Virus record (IMG/VR): IMGVR_UViG_3300045242_000006
Location: 1-64,000 of that record
DNA: 64,000 nucleotides
Source of the DNA: a virus
Strand: one strand, 5' to 3'
Position 1 is the stretch's first letter. Every line of letters starts with the position of its first letter. Below, piece after piece: positions 10,335 through 18,583 of this stretch. Made by a program: the position numbers and the translations under genes. The notes under the pieces were generated by a model. The model was not told where the DNA came from and searched no databases. It saw nothing but the letters and a program-made list of their open reading frames with translations.

Positions 10335-10517
10335 TCACACCACCTCCACTTCATCAAAAGCAAACCAGAGCACATCCTCATCATTCTCTATGTCTTCGCT
10401 TAAAATGACACCGACGCCAGCCAATGTGAACACCACAACTACAGTGGCGAGCATGTTATACATATCAGAACTACGATTTACAATCTTAACACGATCACCA
10501 ATCTCAAACTTATTCAT
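10335..10517 (-). CDS. small KOW/SH3-like hypothetical protein
   Basis: KFEIGDRVKIV motif; AGGAG RBS. Confidence 0.6.
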   Translation of the reverse strand: MNKFEIGDRVKIVNRSSDMYNMLATVVVVFTLAGVGVILSEDIENDEDVLWFAFDEVEVV

Positions 10518-10622
10518 TCTACTCTCCTTTTGTGTTTGTCTTTACGACGGTATTTGGTGCGATCCCGTTCAATCTTAGGGATATTAACACGTCTATTTGG
10601 TCCTGCCAAGGGGTTTCTTATG

Positions 10623-10838
10623 TTAGAAGCCATCAGTGCCCAAGTCTCGTATCCAAGTGTGAGTAGCGGAGTCTACTATGTATTTCTCTGCGTGTGTAGC
10701 ATTCTCGATGTGGACCAAATAAACAGGACCATGAGTACCAGTAGCTGATTGTACACGTACTGAATACGAGCTGTCACGTGCAAGAACACGCTTTTCAAGC
10801 TCATCACACATGTTTAGGATTTGACCTTCAGTAATCAT
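10623..10838 (-). CDS. hypothetical protein
   Basis: AGGAG RBS after a TTGACA-16nt-TAGAAT promoter at ~10865-10892. Confidence 0.6.
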   Translation of the reverse strand: MITEGQILNMCDELEKRVLARDSSYSVRVQSATGTHGPVYLVHIENATHAEKYIVDSATHTWIRDLGTDGF

Positions 10839-10920
10839 TCTTCTCTCCTGTTGGTAATCCGAGCATTCTACACCACTCTAAGCCTTTGTCAACCCTCAGA
10901 TGTTCGATAAATCTCAGATG

Positions 10921-10950
10921 TGAAAAAGCCCCACACGTGAGTGCAGGGCT
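10921..10950 (-). terminator. intrinsic terminator after the putative ncRNA
   Basis: AAGCCCTGCAC...GTGTGGGGCTTTTT on the minus strand. Confidence 0.75.
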
Positions 10951-10961
10951 TAACTTGGTTT

Positions 10962-11276
10962 CATGCTTACGACAGCTCAGTGCATTGCCCGCGTCCGTCA
11001 CGTAGATACGTCTCAACGTTTATCTAAGATTTGGAGAAGCTTTTACCTTTACTACCTGAAACTTTAAAAGGTTGAGTATGCCATTCGGCTGACCTTTTAG
11101 CTTTGCAGCTTTCCTATTTGAACTTTGATCGTAGTCAATGCGTTGTGGGGTACTGCGACCCCAATCATATGCAAATGATTTAAGATTTTGGTTTAAAAGA
11201 CCATTCTTTAAATAGGCTGCCCGGATATACCCCCGAGCATTGGGTTACGTGAATTTAGGCAATTCGTCGCAGCATG
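10962..11276 (-). ncRNA. putative ~315-nt structured ncRNA with AAAG-type repeats, co-transcribed with the 205-aa gene
   Basis: Nested long-range helices CAUGCUGCGAC/GUCGUAAGCAUG, AUUGCCU/GGGCAAU, UCACGUA/UACGUGA and CAAUG/CGUUG; internal hairpins; terminator follows. Confidence 0.7.
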
Positions 11277-11296
11277 GGTAACTCGTTAAAACTCGC

Positions 11297-11914
11297 TTAC
11301 GCTTCGATCAGAGTCTTAGCGTTTGCCTCACTCAGAACGAAGTCTACTTCGAAGAGGAAGCCATTGATATCAGACTCCATCTTGGAAATCACAGCCTCGA
11401 CACCGTTAGGGTCTAGAGGGCTTGTAATGTTGGAAGCTGTGTACGGCTTGCTGATAGCATCAAGCTCTTCTTCAGTAGCTTTACGCTCTTTACCAACAGC
11501 AGTTTGAATCATGGTGTCGATACGTTGTTGCATTTGAACGTTGTTACGTTCTACAACAGTTCTCACTTGACCCAGTTGTTGTTGCAGGACAGACATTAGA
11601 GCACGCTCTTTGTCAATGCTACCCTTACGTTCAATGGCCTCAGCTACGCTCATATCAACACCGTTGATCGTCACTGTGGTAACAGCGTTTGAACGGATGA
11701 TAGCGGCCTTGACAGCTTGACGACGCTTGATCAGGTCTTGAACCGATTGTAGGTTAGACGTCAACAGGTTGGTTGCTGTCTGAAGGTCTTGGCCATTAGT
11801 GGTCTTGCCACCAACAGTTACTGTAGCGAATACAGTGTTACGAGTCGCTTTTTCAATACGATCGTTCAGCGATTTGATTTCAGCCAAAGCGCGTGTAATA
11901 GAAATCTGAGTCAT
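11297..11914 (-). CDS. helical/coiled-coil protein (resembles DIP1984/DUF6847-like family by recall)
   Basis: AAGGAG RBS and own promoter; ISITRALAEIK...SNAVT...VAEAI...LSEANA pattern. Confidence 0.7.
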   Translation of the reverse strand: MTQISITRALAEIKSLNDRIEKATRNTVFATVTVGGKTTNGQDLQTATNLLTSNLQSVQDLIKRRQAVKAAIIRSNAVTTVTINGVDMSVAEAIERKGSIDKERALMSVLQQQLGQVRTVVERNNVQMQQRIDTMIQTAVGKERKATEEELDAISKPYTASNITSPLDPNGVEAVISKMESDINGFLFEVDFVLSEANAKTLIEA

Positions 11915-11946
11915 CTTAATCTTCTCCTTTGATGTTTAATATGGTC

Positions 11947-11974
11947 ATTGTAGCAGGCTTTCGCCTGCTGTCAA
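11947..11974 (-). promoter_or_regulatory. sigma70-like promoter whose spacer is a perfect hairpin
   Basis: TTGACA-GCAGGCGAAAGCCTGC-TACAAT. Confidence 0.7.
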
Positions 11975-11979
11975 GCTCT

Positions 11980-12312
11980 TTATTCAGGCTTGTCGATCAA
12001 TTTGTACATGGTGTTACGTGTCTCGATGTACGTTTCGCCGTCAATCTCAACGATCTGCTTCACTGTGGAAGTGCGAACCTTGTCGCCATCACAGAAGATG
12101 CCACGAGAATCATTGAAGATGAAACCGTGAGCCACGGTGCTGCCGGGGAACATCTCATGGTCTAAACGCTGGAACACCATCTCAGCGACAAACTTGTCTT
12201 CTGGTTTTGCATCCAGTGGAAGGACACGCCAGCTACTATCACCAAAGAATTCACTTGTGAGATTCTTGTCACCACACATAATAAGTTCTTGCAAGTCTAC
12301 TGCACCGAACAT
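11980..12312 (-). CDS. hypothetical protein
   Basis: AAGGAG RBS, ATG at 12312. Confidence 0.65.
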   Translation of the reverse strand: MFGAVDLQELIMCGDKNLTSEFFGDSSWRVLPLDAKPEDKFVAEMVFQRLDHEMFPGSTVAHGFIFNDSRGIFCDGDKVRTSTVKQIVEIDGETYIETRNTMYKLIDKPE

Positions 12313-12322
12313 TGTATTCTCC

Positions 12323-12682
12323 TTAGTTTGCATTATTGAGGATTGCGAATGGATTGTCGTCAACCCAGATATCAACCCGAATATTTTGCTTCGCCATGTA
12401 CACTTGCTTAGCTTGGCCAGAAGTGTAGAACACTCCAAACCCCTTGTCAACAAGAAATTTCAAATCTTCTGGATGTGTCGTTGGTGTTCTCCACGTCACA
12501 ACAATGCAGTGATAGCCTTGACGTTCCAACAGGAGCATCACCTGAAGCCACGCACTCTCATTATCACTAATCGTTTCATCGTAATCAAAGGCTACAACCT
12601 TTGGTTCAGCCATCATAAAGTCAGTACGTGCCCAAGGATCAATCTTCCTGACAGAAGGGCTGATTTCAAGAGTGTGCTCCAT
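12323..12682 (-). CDS. HAD-superfamily phosphatase-like protein
   Basis: AFDYDETI (DxDxT), VTWR, K and VDDNP motifs. Confidence 0.7.
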   Translation of the reverse strand: MEHTLEISPSVRKIDPWARTDFMMAEPKVVAFDYDETISDNESAWLQVMLLLERQGYHCIVVTWRTPTTHPEDLKFLVDKGFGVFYTSGQAKQVYMAKQNIRVDIWVDDNPFAILNNAN

Positions 12683-12876
12683 TACTGAAACCTCAACATT
12701 GCATTTTCAAGTTCTCTGATTAGTCCTTCGCAACTTACTTTCTGGAGGATTCGGGTTGCATAATCCAAGTTGGATTCATGTGTTGATTGCGTCAAATTCA
12801 AATTCAAGTCTTGAAGAACGGTGACACGTTCACTCACGCGGAGCCTGTGGAATGCAACTGCTAATTCACGATTCAT
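12682..12876 (-). CDS. hypothetical protein
   Basis: Overlapping operon ORF. Confidence 0.55.
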   Translation of the reverse strand: MNRELAVAFHRLRVSERVTVLQDLNLNLTQSTHESNLDYATRILQKVSCEGLIRELENAMLRFQ

Positions 12877-13103
12877 TGTACTACCCTCCCTTCAAGGAAT
12901 TTACCAGTTACATTACCCATTCGGTATCTAATGTTGCCTACGATACAATTCACCTGATAGATCGTACCATCTTGAGTTGTTACATAGGAGACAACTCCAT
13001 TCTGCTTTAGACACGAATTAGTTGTAAATTCAATCTCATCCTGATCGAGTGCACAGCCAGAGATTAGTGTAGCTAAGACAACACTCAGAAGAATTCTTTT
13101 CAT
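12873..13103 (-). CDS. putative lipoprotein
   Basis: MKR + hydrophobic stretch + LISGC lipobox. Confidence 0.6.
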   Translation of the reverse strand: MKRILLSVVLATLISGCALDQDEIEFTTNSCLKQNGVVSYVTTQDGTIYQVNCIVGNIRYRMGNVTGKFLEGRVVQ

Positions 13104-13312
13104 TTGTACCCTCCATTCCGAAATTTAAGAACCAAGTGCATTTTCATACACTCGTATCTGACGGGAATACCCACGTCACTGTGCAACACAGTACCACTCC
13201 CACCCGCTTTAATGCAAGCTATCTTTTCTTCGTTGAAGTGTTGAGCCTGAACAAAGAATATGCTTCCAAACATAGCTACCGCAAACAGACACAATCCTAA
13301 AACAAATTTCAT
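13100..13312 (-). CDS. small membrane-anchored protein
   Basis: N-terminal hydrophobic helix; ATGA overlaps. Confidence 0.55.
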   Translation of the reverse strand: MKFVLGLCLFAVAMFGSIFFVQAQHFNEEKIACIKAGGSGTVLHSDVGIPVRYECMKMHLVLKFRNGGYK

Positions 13313-13710
13313 ACATATACTCTAAAAGCAAATTTCACTTTGCGTTTTGGTTTGTGTGAGTGATCATACACCACTCCGTCAATTACTGCAAGAGCGTGAG
13401 CCCTCACAAATACCCAATAACGTCCTACAGGGTGATCCTTGCAGAATTTAGCAAGCGTTGGTTCATCTCCTTTTGCCCACTCCCTCTTTGCCATGCGAGT
13501 CTTTGGGCAGCGTGCAATAGCATCACGACATTTATCTGTGTCAGTACCTCTGCGGTTACGCCTCCCAAACATATTCTTGATATGGGTATGTGCAGCTTGG
13601 TAAGGAGCACCCCAAACCTCACAGAAGGACACTACAACACAATCCTTCGTCTCTTTCATCTTGTTACGCTCTTCTTTATACTTCGGCCAATTGTGTACGA
13701 ATGGCTCCAT
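13309..13710 (-). CDS. conserved phage hypothetical protein
   Basis: DCVV...HALAVIDGVVYD motif; GAGGT RBS after a promoter at ~13743-13772. Confidence 0.65.
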   Translation of the reverse strand: MEPFVHNWPKYKEERNKMKETKDCVVVSFCEVWGAPYQAAHTHIKNMFGRRNRRGTDTDKCRDAIARCPKTRMAKREWAKGDEPTLAKFCKDHPVGRYWVFVRAHALAVIDGVVYDHSHKPKRKVKFAFRVYV

Positions 13711-13774
13711 GATTCAACCTCTATAGATCGTTTGAAGGTCGTACCTTACACTAAAGTCCTTACCACTGTCAACC

Positions 13775-14070
13775 CTCAGATTCCGCATATCCTAAATCAG
13801 TTTCGTATTGTCGAGATAAACCTATCCCAAGGCTCGCCATACGAATTTAATCGCCTAAGACGTGCCTTGGGGTCTATCTCATATGCTATCCTAAATTCAG
13901 ATCGCAAGCCGACGTCATGGGACGTTATAGATTGAGAGCCTTCCTTCTATACGAAGTCATCGCTGCACTGTTCTCTCATTCAACCTCAGCTACCCCAACA
14001 GCTTACTCTTCATAGGGCGTGTATCCGCAGGACGGTGAGTGAAGCCCTTCGGCTGACATGTCTCTCTGCG
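13775..14070 (-). ncRNA. structured element copy A (homologous to 47700-48012)
   Basis: Shared blocks and compensatory stems versus copy B; G-U pairs work only on the minus strand; lies directly downstream of a leftward promoter. Confidence 0.7.
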
Positions 14071-14078
14071 ACGTGTGC

Positions 14079-14138
14079 ATTGTTACACGACATCCCCTGC
14101 CTGTCAACCCTTGACAAAAACAATATCCGTGATAGACT
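14079..14138. promoter_or_regulatory. back-to-back divergent sigma70-like promoters
   Basis: TGTCAA-CCC-TTGACA at 14102-14116; leftward -10 AACAAT, rightward -10 TAGACT. Confidence 0.65.
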
Positions 14139-14160
14139 GACTCTTTTTCATGGAGGTTGT

Positions 14161-14805
14161 ATGAGTTTAATAGAAATCAATGGAGTAAGCAAGACGAGGG
14201 TTGAGTGGTGTCAGGAGTACGGTATCGACACAAGCACGGTGTCACAAAGAATGAAACGTCTCGGCTTGACATTAGTAGAGGCAATCACTCACGTCAAGCC
14301 GAAAGCTGAGTCCACCTTAAAGAAAGAAGCGAGAAAGGCAAAGAAGTTGACGGATGAGCCTCTGGCACCAATTCCGGGTTTTAAGAATTATGCTGTCACC
14401 GAGGCAGGTATAGTTTGGAATGTGAAGCTCCGGCGTCCGCTGGTCAGCTCCTTGTCAGATACTACCCCTTATGCAAGAGTAAATCTTAAAGGGGAGGCGC
14501 TATATGTACATAGGCTGGCTTGTATGGCATGGCACGGAGAGCCTGAAGAGGATTTGAACGTGGTCGATCATATAGACATGGATTACCTCAACAACCACAA
14601 AGACAATTTGAGGTGGACAGATATGAAAGGTAACGCCGATAATAGGAAGGACACGGTTTGGACCTTGTATGGAGGAGAGAAAGTCAGACTTCAAGACCTC
14701 CTCATGAGTAAGGGTTTCATGCCGCGTACCACGGAATATCAAAGATATCGGTACAGAATCCACGTCATGGGTTTACCAGCAGATAAGGTTTTGGAGTGGA
14801 TTTAA
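14161..14805 (+). CDS. HNH homing endonuclease (NUMOD4/HNH_3-like)
   Basis: IPGFKNYAVT, YVHRL and VVDHIDMDYLNNHKDNLRW; GGAGG RBS before 14161. Confidence 0.85.
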   Translation: MSLIEINGVSKTRVEWCQEYGIDTSTVSQRMKRLGLTLVEAITHVKPKAESTLKKEARKAKKLTDEPLAPIPGFKNYAVTEAGIVWNVKLRRPLVSSLSDTTPYARVNLKGEALYVHRLACMAWHGEPEEDLNVVDHIDMDYLNNHKDNLRWTDMKGNADNRKDTVWTLYGGEKVRLQDLLMSKGFMPRTTEYQRYRYRIHVMGLPADKVLEWI

Positions 14806-14813
14806 AATACCTG

Positions 14814-14841
14814 TTGACAGGATTCTGAAACGCTATACACT
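14814..14841 (+). promoter_or_regulatory. sigma70-like promoter
   Basis: TTGACA-16nt-TACACT. Confidence 0.6.
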
Positions 14842-14879
14842 GGCCCACATCGAAAACACACCACAACGGAGAAACAAAA

Positions 14880-15014
14880 ATGCAGGTCTATGTCGTAACT
14901 GTACAAGGCAGGTTTGTAGATGTATTCTCCAATATAAAAGATGCAGAAGCATTGAAGCATTCCCTCTACATGGGCGGAAATGATGGAATAGCCATCGTTC
15001 CAAAAACTATTTAA
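14880..15014 (+). CDS. hypothetical protein (44 aa)
   Basis: CGGAG RBS; MQVYVVTVQG... Confidence 0.5.
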   Translation: MQVYVVTVQGRFVDVFSNIKDAEALKHSLYMGGNDGIAIVPKTI

Positions 15015-15032
15015 ACAACGGAGGAAACAAAA

Positions 15033-15329
15033 ATGAACACTGTAAAAACTGACGCTGTATCCAAGCAAATCGCTGCAATGATCTACGCCAATGGATCTAA
15101 ATTCTTTGGTGTTACCTTCGTGAAGAAGGACGGTACTGAACGTACTCTCAACGGTCATGTCCGTAAAGTGGCTGGTCATGCCGACCGTAACACATCGGCA
15201 CATTTTGAGAAGTACGTCACCATCGTACTGAACACCAAAGACGATCAAGGCCGTGAGCAGTTCCGTAACGTCAACACTGAGACTATCAAATCGTTGTCGA
15301 TTGCTGGTCGTAAAATTACTTTCGCTTAA
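15033..15329 (+). CDS. SH3/WYL-like beta-barrel hypothetical protein
   Basis: FGVTFVKKDGTERTL...FRNV motif; GGAGG RBS. Confidence 0.6.
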   Translation: MNTVKTDAVSKQIAAMIYANGSKFFGVTFVKKDGTERTLNGHVRKVAGHADRNTSAHFEKYVTIVLNTKDDQGREQFRNVNTETIKSLSIAGRKITFA

Positions 15330-15342
15330 TAAGGAGAAACAA

Positions 15343-16497
15343 ATGTCTGAACGTTCCCTCGCCCGAGTTGTTACCATTGATGAGCTGATTGCTATTGAAG
15401 GTGCAGACCGCATCGAGTTGGCCATTGTAGGCGGTTGGCAGGTAGTTGTGCAGAAGGGTTTGTATGAGCCTAATAAAACCTTGGCTGTGTATTTCGAAGT
15501 GGATTCTCTGCTGGATACTGAGCGCCCATACTTCAATTCGTTGGCTACTCTGTCGAGCAAACTGCTGCATGTCGTAGACGGCAGAACTCATGCACGTATT
15601 AAAACCATGAAGCTGCGTAAGCAACTGTCTCAAGGGTACTGTATCCCTCTATCCGAGGTTGGTGACATGCCTAAACGGCTGACTGATATTGGGACAGACT
15701 TGACAGAATTCCTTGGTGTTGTCAAGTATGAGAAGGCTGAAGAAAAGTCCATGAATAACAATGGAGGCGCTGGCGTCAAGAATGGCACTTCGGCTTTGGG
15801 CTTCCCTAAGTTTGTCCCTAAGACTGATCAAACTCGCGTGCAGAATATCTCTGCATTGTACTTGAAGGCTGTAGAACAAGGAGAAGAGTTTGAGGAATCT
15901 TTTAAGCTGGACGGAAGCTCTCTTACTGCGTTTGTTCGTGACGGCGTGGCTGGTGTCGCTAGCCGTAACGTCGGGTTCCGGGTGGCTGATGAAAAGCTTG
16001 GGCTGTTTACTACTCTTAAGCGTTTCCTTGGGCATTGTCGTACTCGCGGTATCCGCAATGCAAAATGGGTGAGTGTAATCCCTAAAGACGACAACACATT
16101 CACTCAGATGGCTGCTGAAGCTGGTTTGATCGAAGCAATTCGTCGTGATGGACGTAACCTTGCCATTCAAGGTGAGATGTGCGGCCCTTCGATTCAGAAT
16201 AACTTCGAAGGTTTGGACAAGAACACGTTCTTCTGCTACGATGTTTACCTGATTGATGAGCAACGTTACATGCTGCCTGCTGAACGACTTGAATTCTGCA
16301 CTGATCAAGGTGTTAAGCATGTACCTGTGAATTTCACTGGCCCTCTTCAAGCTAAGACAGTAGCTGAGGCTCTGAAGCGTGCGGATGGTCCAAGTGGTTT
16401 GAAGGGTAAATTTAGGGAAGGGTTCGTACTTAAATCAACCACTCGGGATTTCTCGTTCAAAGTGATTAGTAATGCTTACCTGCTGAAGGAGGAGTGA
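15343..16497 (+). CDS. RNA ligase (Rnl2-like, DRB0094 family)
   Basis: IEGADRIEL N-domain, KLDGSS motif I, IQGE, REGFV and FKVISN. Confidence 0.88.
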   Translation: MSERSLARVVTIDELIAIEGADRIELAIVGGWQVVVQKGLYEPNKTLAVYFEVDSLLDTERPYFNSLATLSSKLLHVVDGRTHARIKTMKLRKQLSQGYCIPLSEVGDMPKRLTDIGTDLTEFLGVVKYEKAEEKSMNNNGGAGVKNGTSALGFPKFVPKTDQTRVQNISALYLKAVEQGEEFEESFKLDGSSLTAFVRDGVAGVASRNVGFRVADEKLGLFTTLKRFLGHCRTRGIRNAKWVSVIPKDDNTFTQMAAEAGLIEAIRRDGRNLAIQGEMCGPSIQNNFEGLDKNTFFCYDVYLIDEQRYMLPAERLEFCTDQGVKHVPVNFTGPLQAKTVAEALKRADGPSGLKGKFREGFVLKSTTRDFSFKVISNAYLLKEE

Positions 16498-16703
16498 TGG
16501 AATACTCTACTACAATTGAGGATGACTTTCTCAAGTTCACAGACCGTTGGAATGATGAGTTACTTGTCGAACTTAACAGCCAAGGTCGTATTGAAGTTTC
16601 AGTGCGAGGGACTTACGTTCTTCTTGAGAAACCTCAAGTCTTGGACTTGATCCAAAACCTCATAAAACACATAGCAGATGTTGAAGGAGGGATAACATGT
16701 TAG
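16497..16703 (+). CDS. hypothetical protein
   Basis: TGATG coupling to the ligase gene. Confidence 0.55.
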   Translation: MEYSTTIEDDFLKFTDRWNDELLVELNSQGRIEVSVRGTYVLLEKPQVLDLIQNLIKHIADVEGGITC

Positions 16704-16906
16704 CTTCAGAGTATGCTCGAAAGTTATTAGAGCAAGTGGTTATTCATGGTGACTACCCTGTTTGTGTAACTCAGTCAGGGTATTACGCGGATGGAGTTTT
16801 CGCTGACTGGTACGAGCCATCAGCACCAGAAGAAATTAGTGAGTATAGTTCCAAGTATGAGCCTAAACCTTACTACGTTCTCGGTCACTCGTACCAAAGC
16901 TACTAG
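16697..16906 (+). CDS. hypothetical protein
   Basis: GGAGG RBS. Confidence 0.55.
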   Translation: MLASEYARKLLEQVVIHGDYPVCVTQSGYYADGVFADWYEPSAPEEISEYSSKYEPKPYYVLGHSYQSY

Positions 16907-16915
16907 GAGAATGAA

Positions 16916-17107
16916 ATGGTTAAAATTGTGGAAGTGGCGCCTGCTAAGCGGGTTACTTGTTATAACTGCCGTGCTGTCCTTGAGTACACTCATACTGACA
17001 TTACTGAAGAGTATGTTCGTGATTGGAATGGTGGAGGTGATACGTACTATCGCATCGTTTGCCCAGCTTGCAATCTGAAGAACAATGTAAGTAGTTGGCG
17101 ACGTTAA
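16916..17107 (+). CDS. small Zn-ribbon protein
   Basis: CYNC...CPAC. Confidence 0.6.
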   Translation: MVKIVEVAPAKRVTCYNCRAVLEYTHTDITEEYVRDWNGGGDTYYRIVCPACNLKNNVSSWRR

Positions 17108-17118
17108 ATCGTAGACAA

Positions 17119-17153
17119 CAAAAAGGCCGCCACGTTACCGTGTGCGGCCTTTC
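17119..17153. terminator. bidirectional terminator between convergent operons
   Basis: AAAAAAGGCCGC...GCGGCCTTT. Confidence 0.7.
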
Positions 17154-17458
17154 ATTCTTTCTCTAATGTCATCAATTTCACGCTTAATCCTTTTAACGTC
17201 GTCATCAATCAGATCGTACCGCTTGTTTCCAATAAATTGCAAAGCAGTAACTTGTTCCTGAAGGTTATTGATCTTTGATTCATACTTCCTGTCAATTGCA
17301 GAGAGTTGTCTCTGGTAATCCTGCTTCGCAACTTCCAACTCTAGTTGGCTTGTCTTGTTATTATATGTAGGGAAAGCCAGAAGAAATATGCAAAAAAGGA
17401 GTGCGGCAAGAAGACTACCAATTGCGACCAGCCAAGGCCATTCTGTTCTTCTTGTCAT
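17135..17458 (-). CDS. membrane-anchored coiled-coil protein
   Basis: N-terminal TM helix followed by heptad region. Confidence 0.6.
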   Translation of the reverse strand: MTRRTEWPWLVAIGSLLAALLFCIFLLAFPTYNNKTSQLELEVAKQDYQRQLSAIDRKYESKINNLQEQVTALQFIGNKRYDLIDDDVKRIKREIDDIRERMKGRTR

Positions 17459-17469
17459 AGAGACTCCTG

Positions 17470-17766
17470 TTAATTCTTGTTAGCTCTGCCCTCAAGTTTG
17501 TCCATTACACGCTCCAACCACTTGTTCGTAATTTGTTGCTCGTTACGAATACTTGTGATCTTGGTGTCCATTTCGGAAGACAGTCTATTGATTGCTGTAT
17601 TAAGTTTATCTTCAGTTACTGTTGTGGCTTGTAGTGTGTAAAGACGGTCATCAAGTTTGTTAATCTGAGATTGTTGATATCCAACAACACCAACACAAAC
17701 CATCAGCAAAGCTCCAGCTACATAACTGAGTACGGATTTAACCATATCATTTGTTGTCGTTGCCAT
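17470..17766 (-). CDS. membrane-anchored coiled-coil protein
   Basis: Single N-terminal TM helix followed by coiled coil. Confidence 0.6.
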   Translation of the reverse strand: MATTTNDMVKSVLSYVAGALLMVCVGVVGYQQSQINKLDDRLYTLQATTVTEDKLNTAINRLSSEMDTKITSIRNEQQITNKWLERVMDKLEGRANKN

Positions 17767-18007
17767 AAATTTTCTCCTGCTTTTCTAGCCAGTCTTTATA
17801 AGATTGGATTCTGTTATTGCATGTCCATACCTGAAATGTATTGACCACGTAACCGTGGGCTAATGCACGAACTGTATCTTCCTTTACACGTTCTGGCTTG
17901 CATAGTTGCAAGAATTCACTTGGTGGTTGTAGTACAACCGTCTTTGTCACCGTGACAGTACGCTGTGTCGAGCAAGCGCATAAGGTCAGGACTAAGACGA
18001 TCATCAT
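17747..18007 (-). CDS. o-spanin (Rz1-like lipoprotein)
   Basis: MMIVLVLTLCAC lipobox and PP motif; overlaps the 3' end of the i-spanin gene. Confidence 0.75.
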   Translation of the reverse strand: MMIVLVLTLCACSTQRTVTVTKTVVLQPPSEFLQLCKPERVKEDTVRALAHGYVVNTFQVWTCNNRIQSYKDWLEKQEKIYGNDNK

Positions 18008-18359
18008 CAGCAAAGGGCTGAACCTTTGTAGATACCTCTTGAGATGCTGTAGGAGCTGCATTAGCTTTCTCCTTGATAGTCAGGGTGGGCAAGGCTAAGA
18101 TAGCGTCTCCAGTGGCCTTCTGAGAGGTCTGGATGCTACTCTGCTCTTGATAGTAGGAGTTAAGCGAGTCAACCGTAATCAAACACGCCTTATCAGCGTC
18201 CTCTTTACCTTTCAGGTTGGTTGCTGCTGCATCCTTATACGTGTTCACGTCCTGTGTTAGTTTTACAATCTGTCCAGACTGGTGATAGGCGAGCCCACCA
18301 CAAGCAAGTGTAGCTGCAAGCAAGATTGCTATTAGGTATTTAAGTAGCATATCAATCAT
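17916..18359 (-). CDS. i-spanin (Rz-like)
   Basis: N-terminal TM followed by periplasmic helical domain; follows the holin gene. Confidence 0.75.
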   Translation of the reverse strand: MIDMLLKYLIAILLAATLACGGLAYHQSGQIVKLTQDVNTYKDAAATNLKGKEDADKACLITVDSLNSYYQEQSSIQTSQKATGDAILALPTLTIKEKANAAPTASQEVSTKVQPFADDDRLSPDLMRLLDTAYCHGDKDGCTTTTK

Positions 18360-18582
18360 CTTTCTTCTCCAGATGTTCCATATCCTCAAGCTGTTCGTTT
18401 CCAAACTTACCCAAAGCCCAGATTGTTCCAAACACTGCGGCGTTCGCTACAAGCACAGGAGTTGTCAGAGAACCAGAGAAGACTCCAATCACAGCAAATG
18501 CTGCTGTAGCAACTGCAATCATGGCGTTAGTGACCATAATATAAGCTGCGTAGTGTTCTTTCAAATGTGCTTTAATATTCAT
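18352..18582 (-). CDS. holin (two TM segments)
   Basis: 76 aa, two hydrophobic helices, charged C-terminus; between endolysin and spanins. Confidence 0.65.
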   Translation of the reverse strand: MNIKAHLKEHYAAYIMVTNAMIAVATAAFAVIGVFSGSLTTPVLVANAAVFGTIWALGKFGNEQLEDMEHLEKKDD

Positions 18583-18583
18583 A

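Noticed and set aside
10828-11016. 62-aa minus-strand ORF
   Set aside because: TTG start without an RBS; it runs across the ncRNA 3' helices, a terminator and a promoter
13790-13900. Hammerhead ribozyme or box C/D reading of the CUGA and CGAAAC motifs in element A
   Set aside because: No CUGAnGA core in the right topology, and copy B has CUCA at the same positions
13914-13920. CATGACG in element A complementary to the copy-B repeat
   Set aside because: Only 7 nt and mostly inside A's conserved CCAT hairpin; no reciprocal match in B
13360-14160. 191-aa plus ORF and N-terminal extension of the HNH ORF (14035-14160)
   Set aside because: Antisense to a real gene or overlapping promoters and element A; the HNH RBS supports a start at 14161
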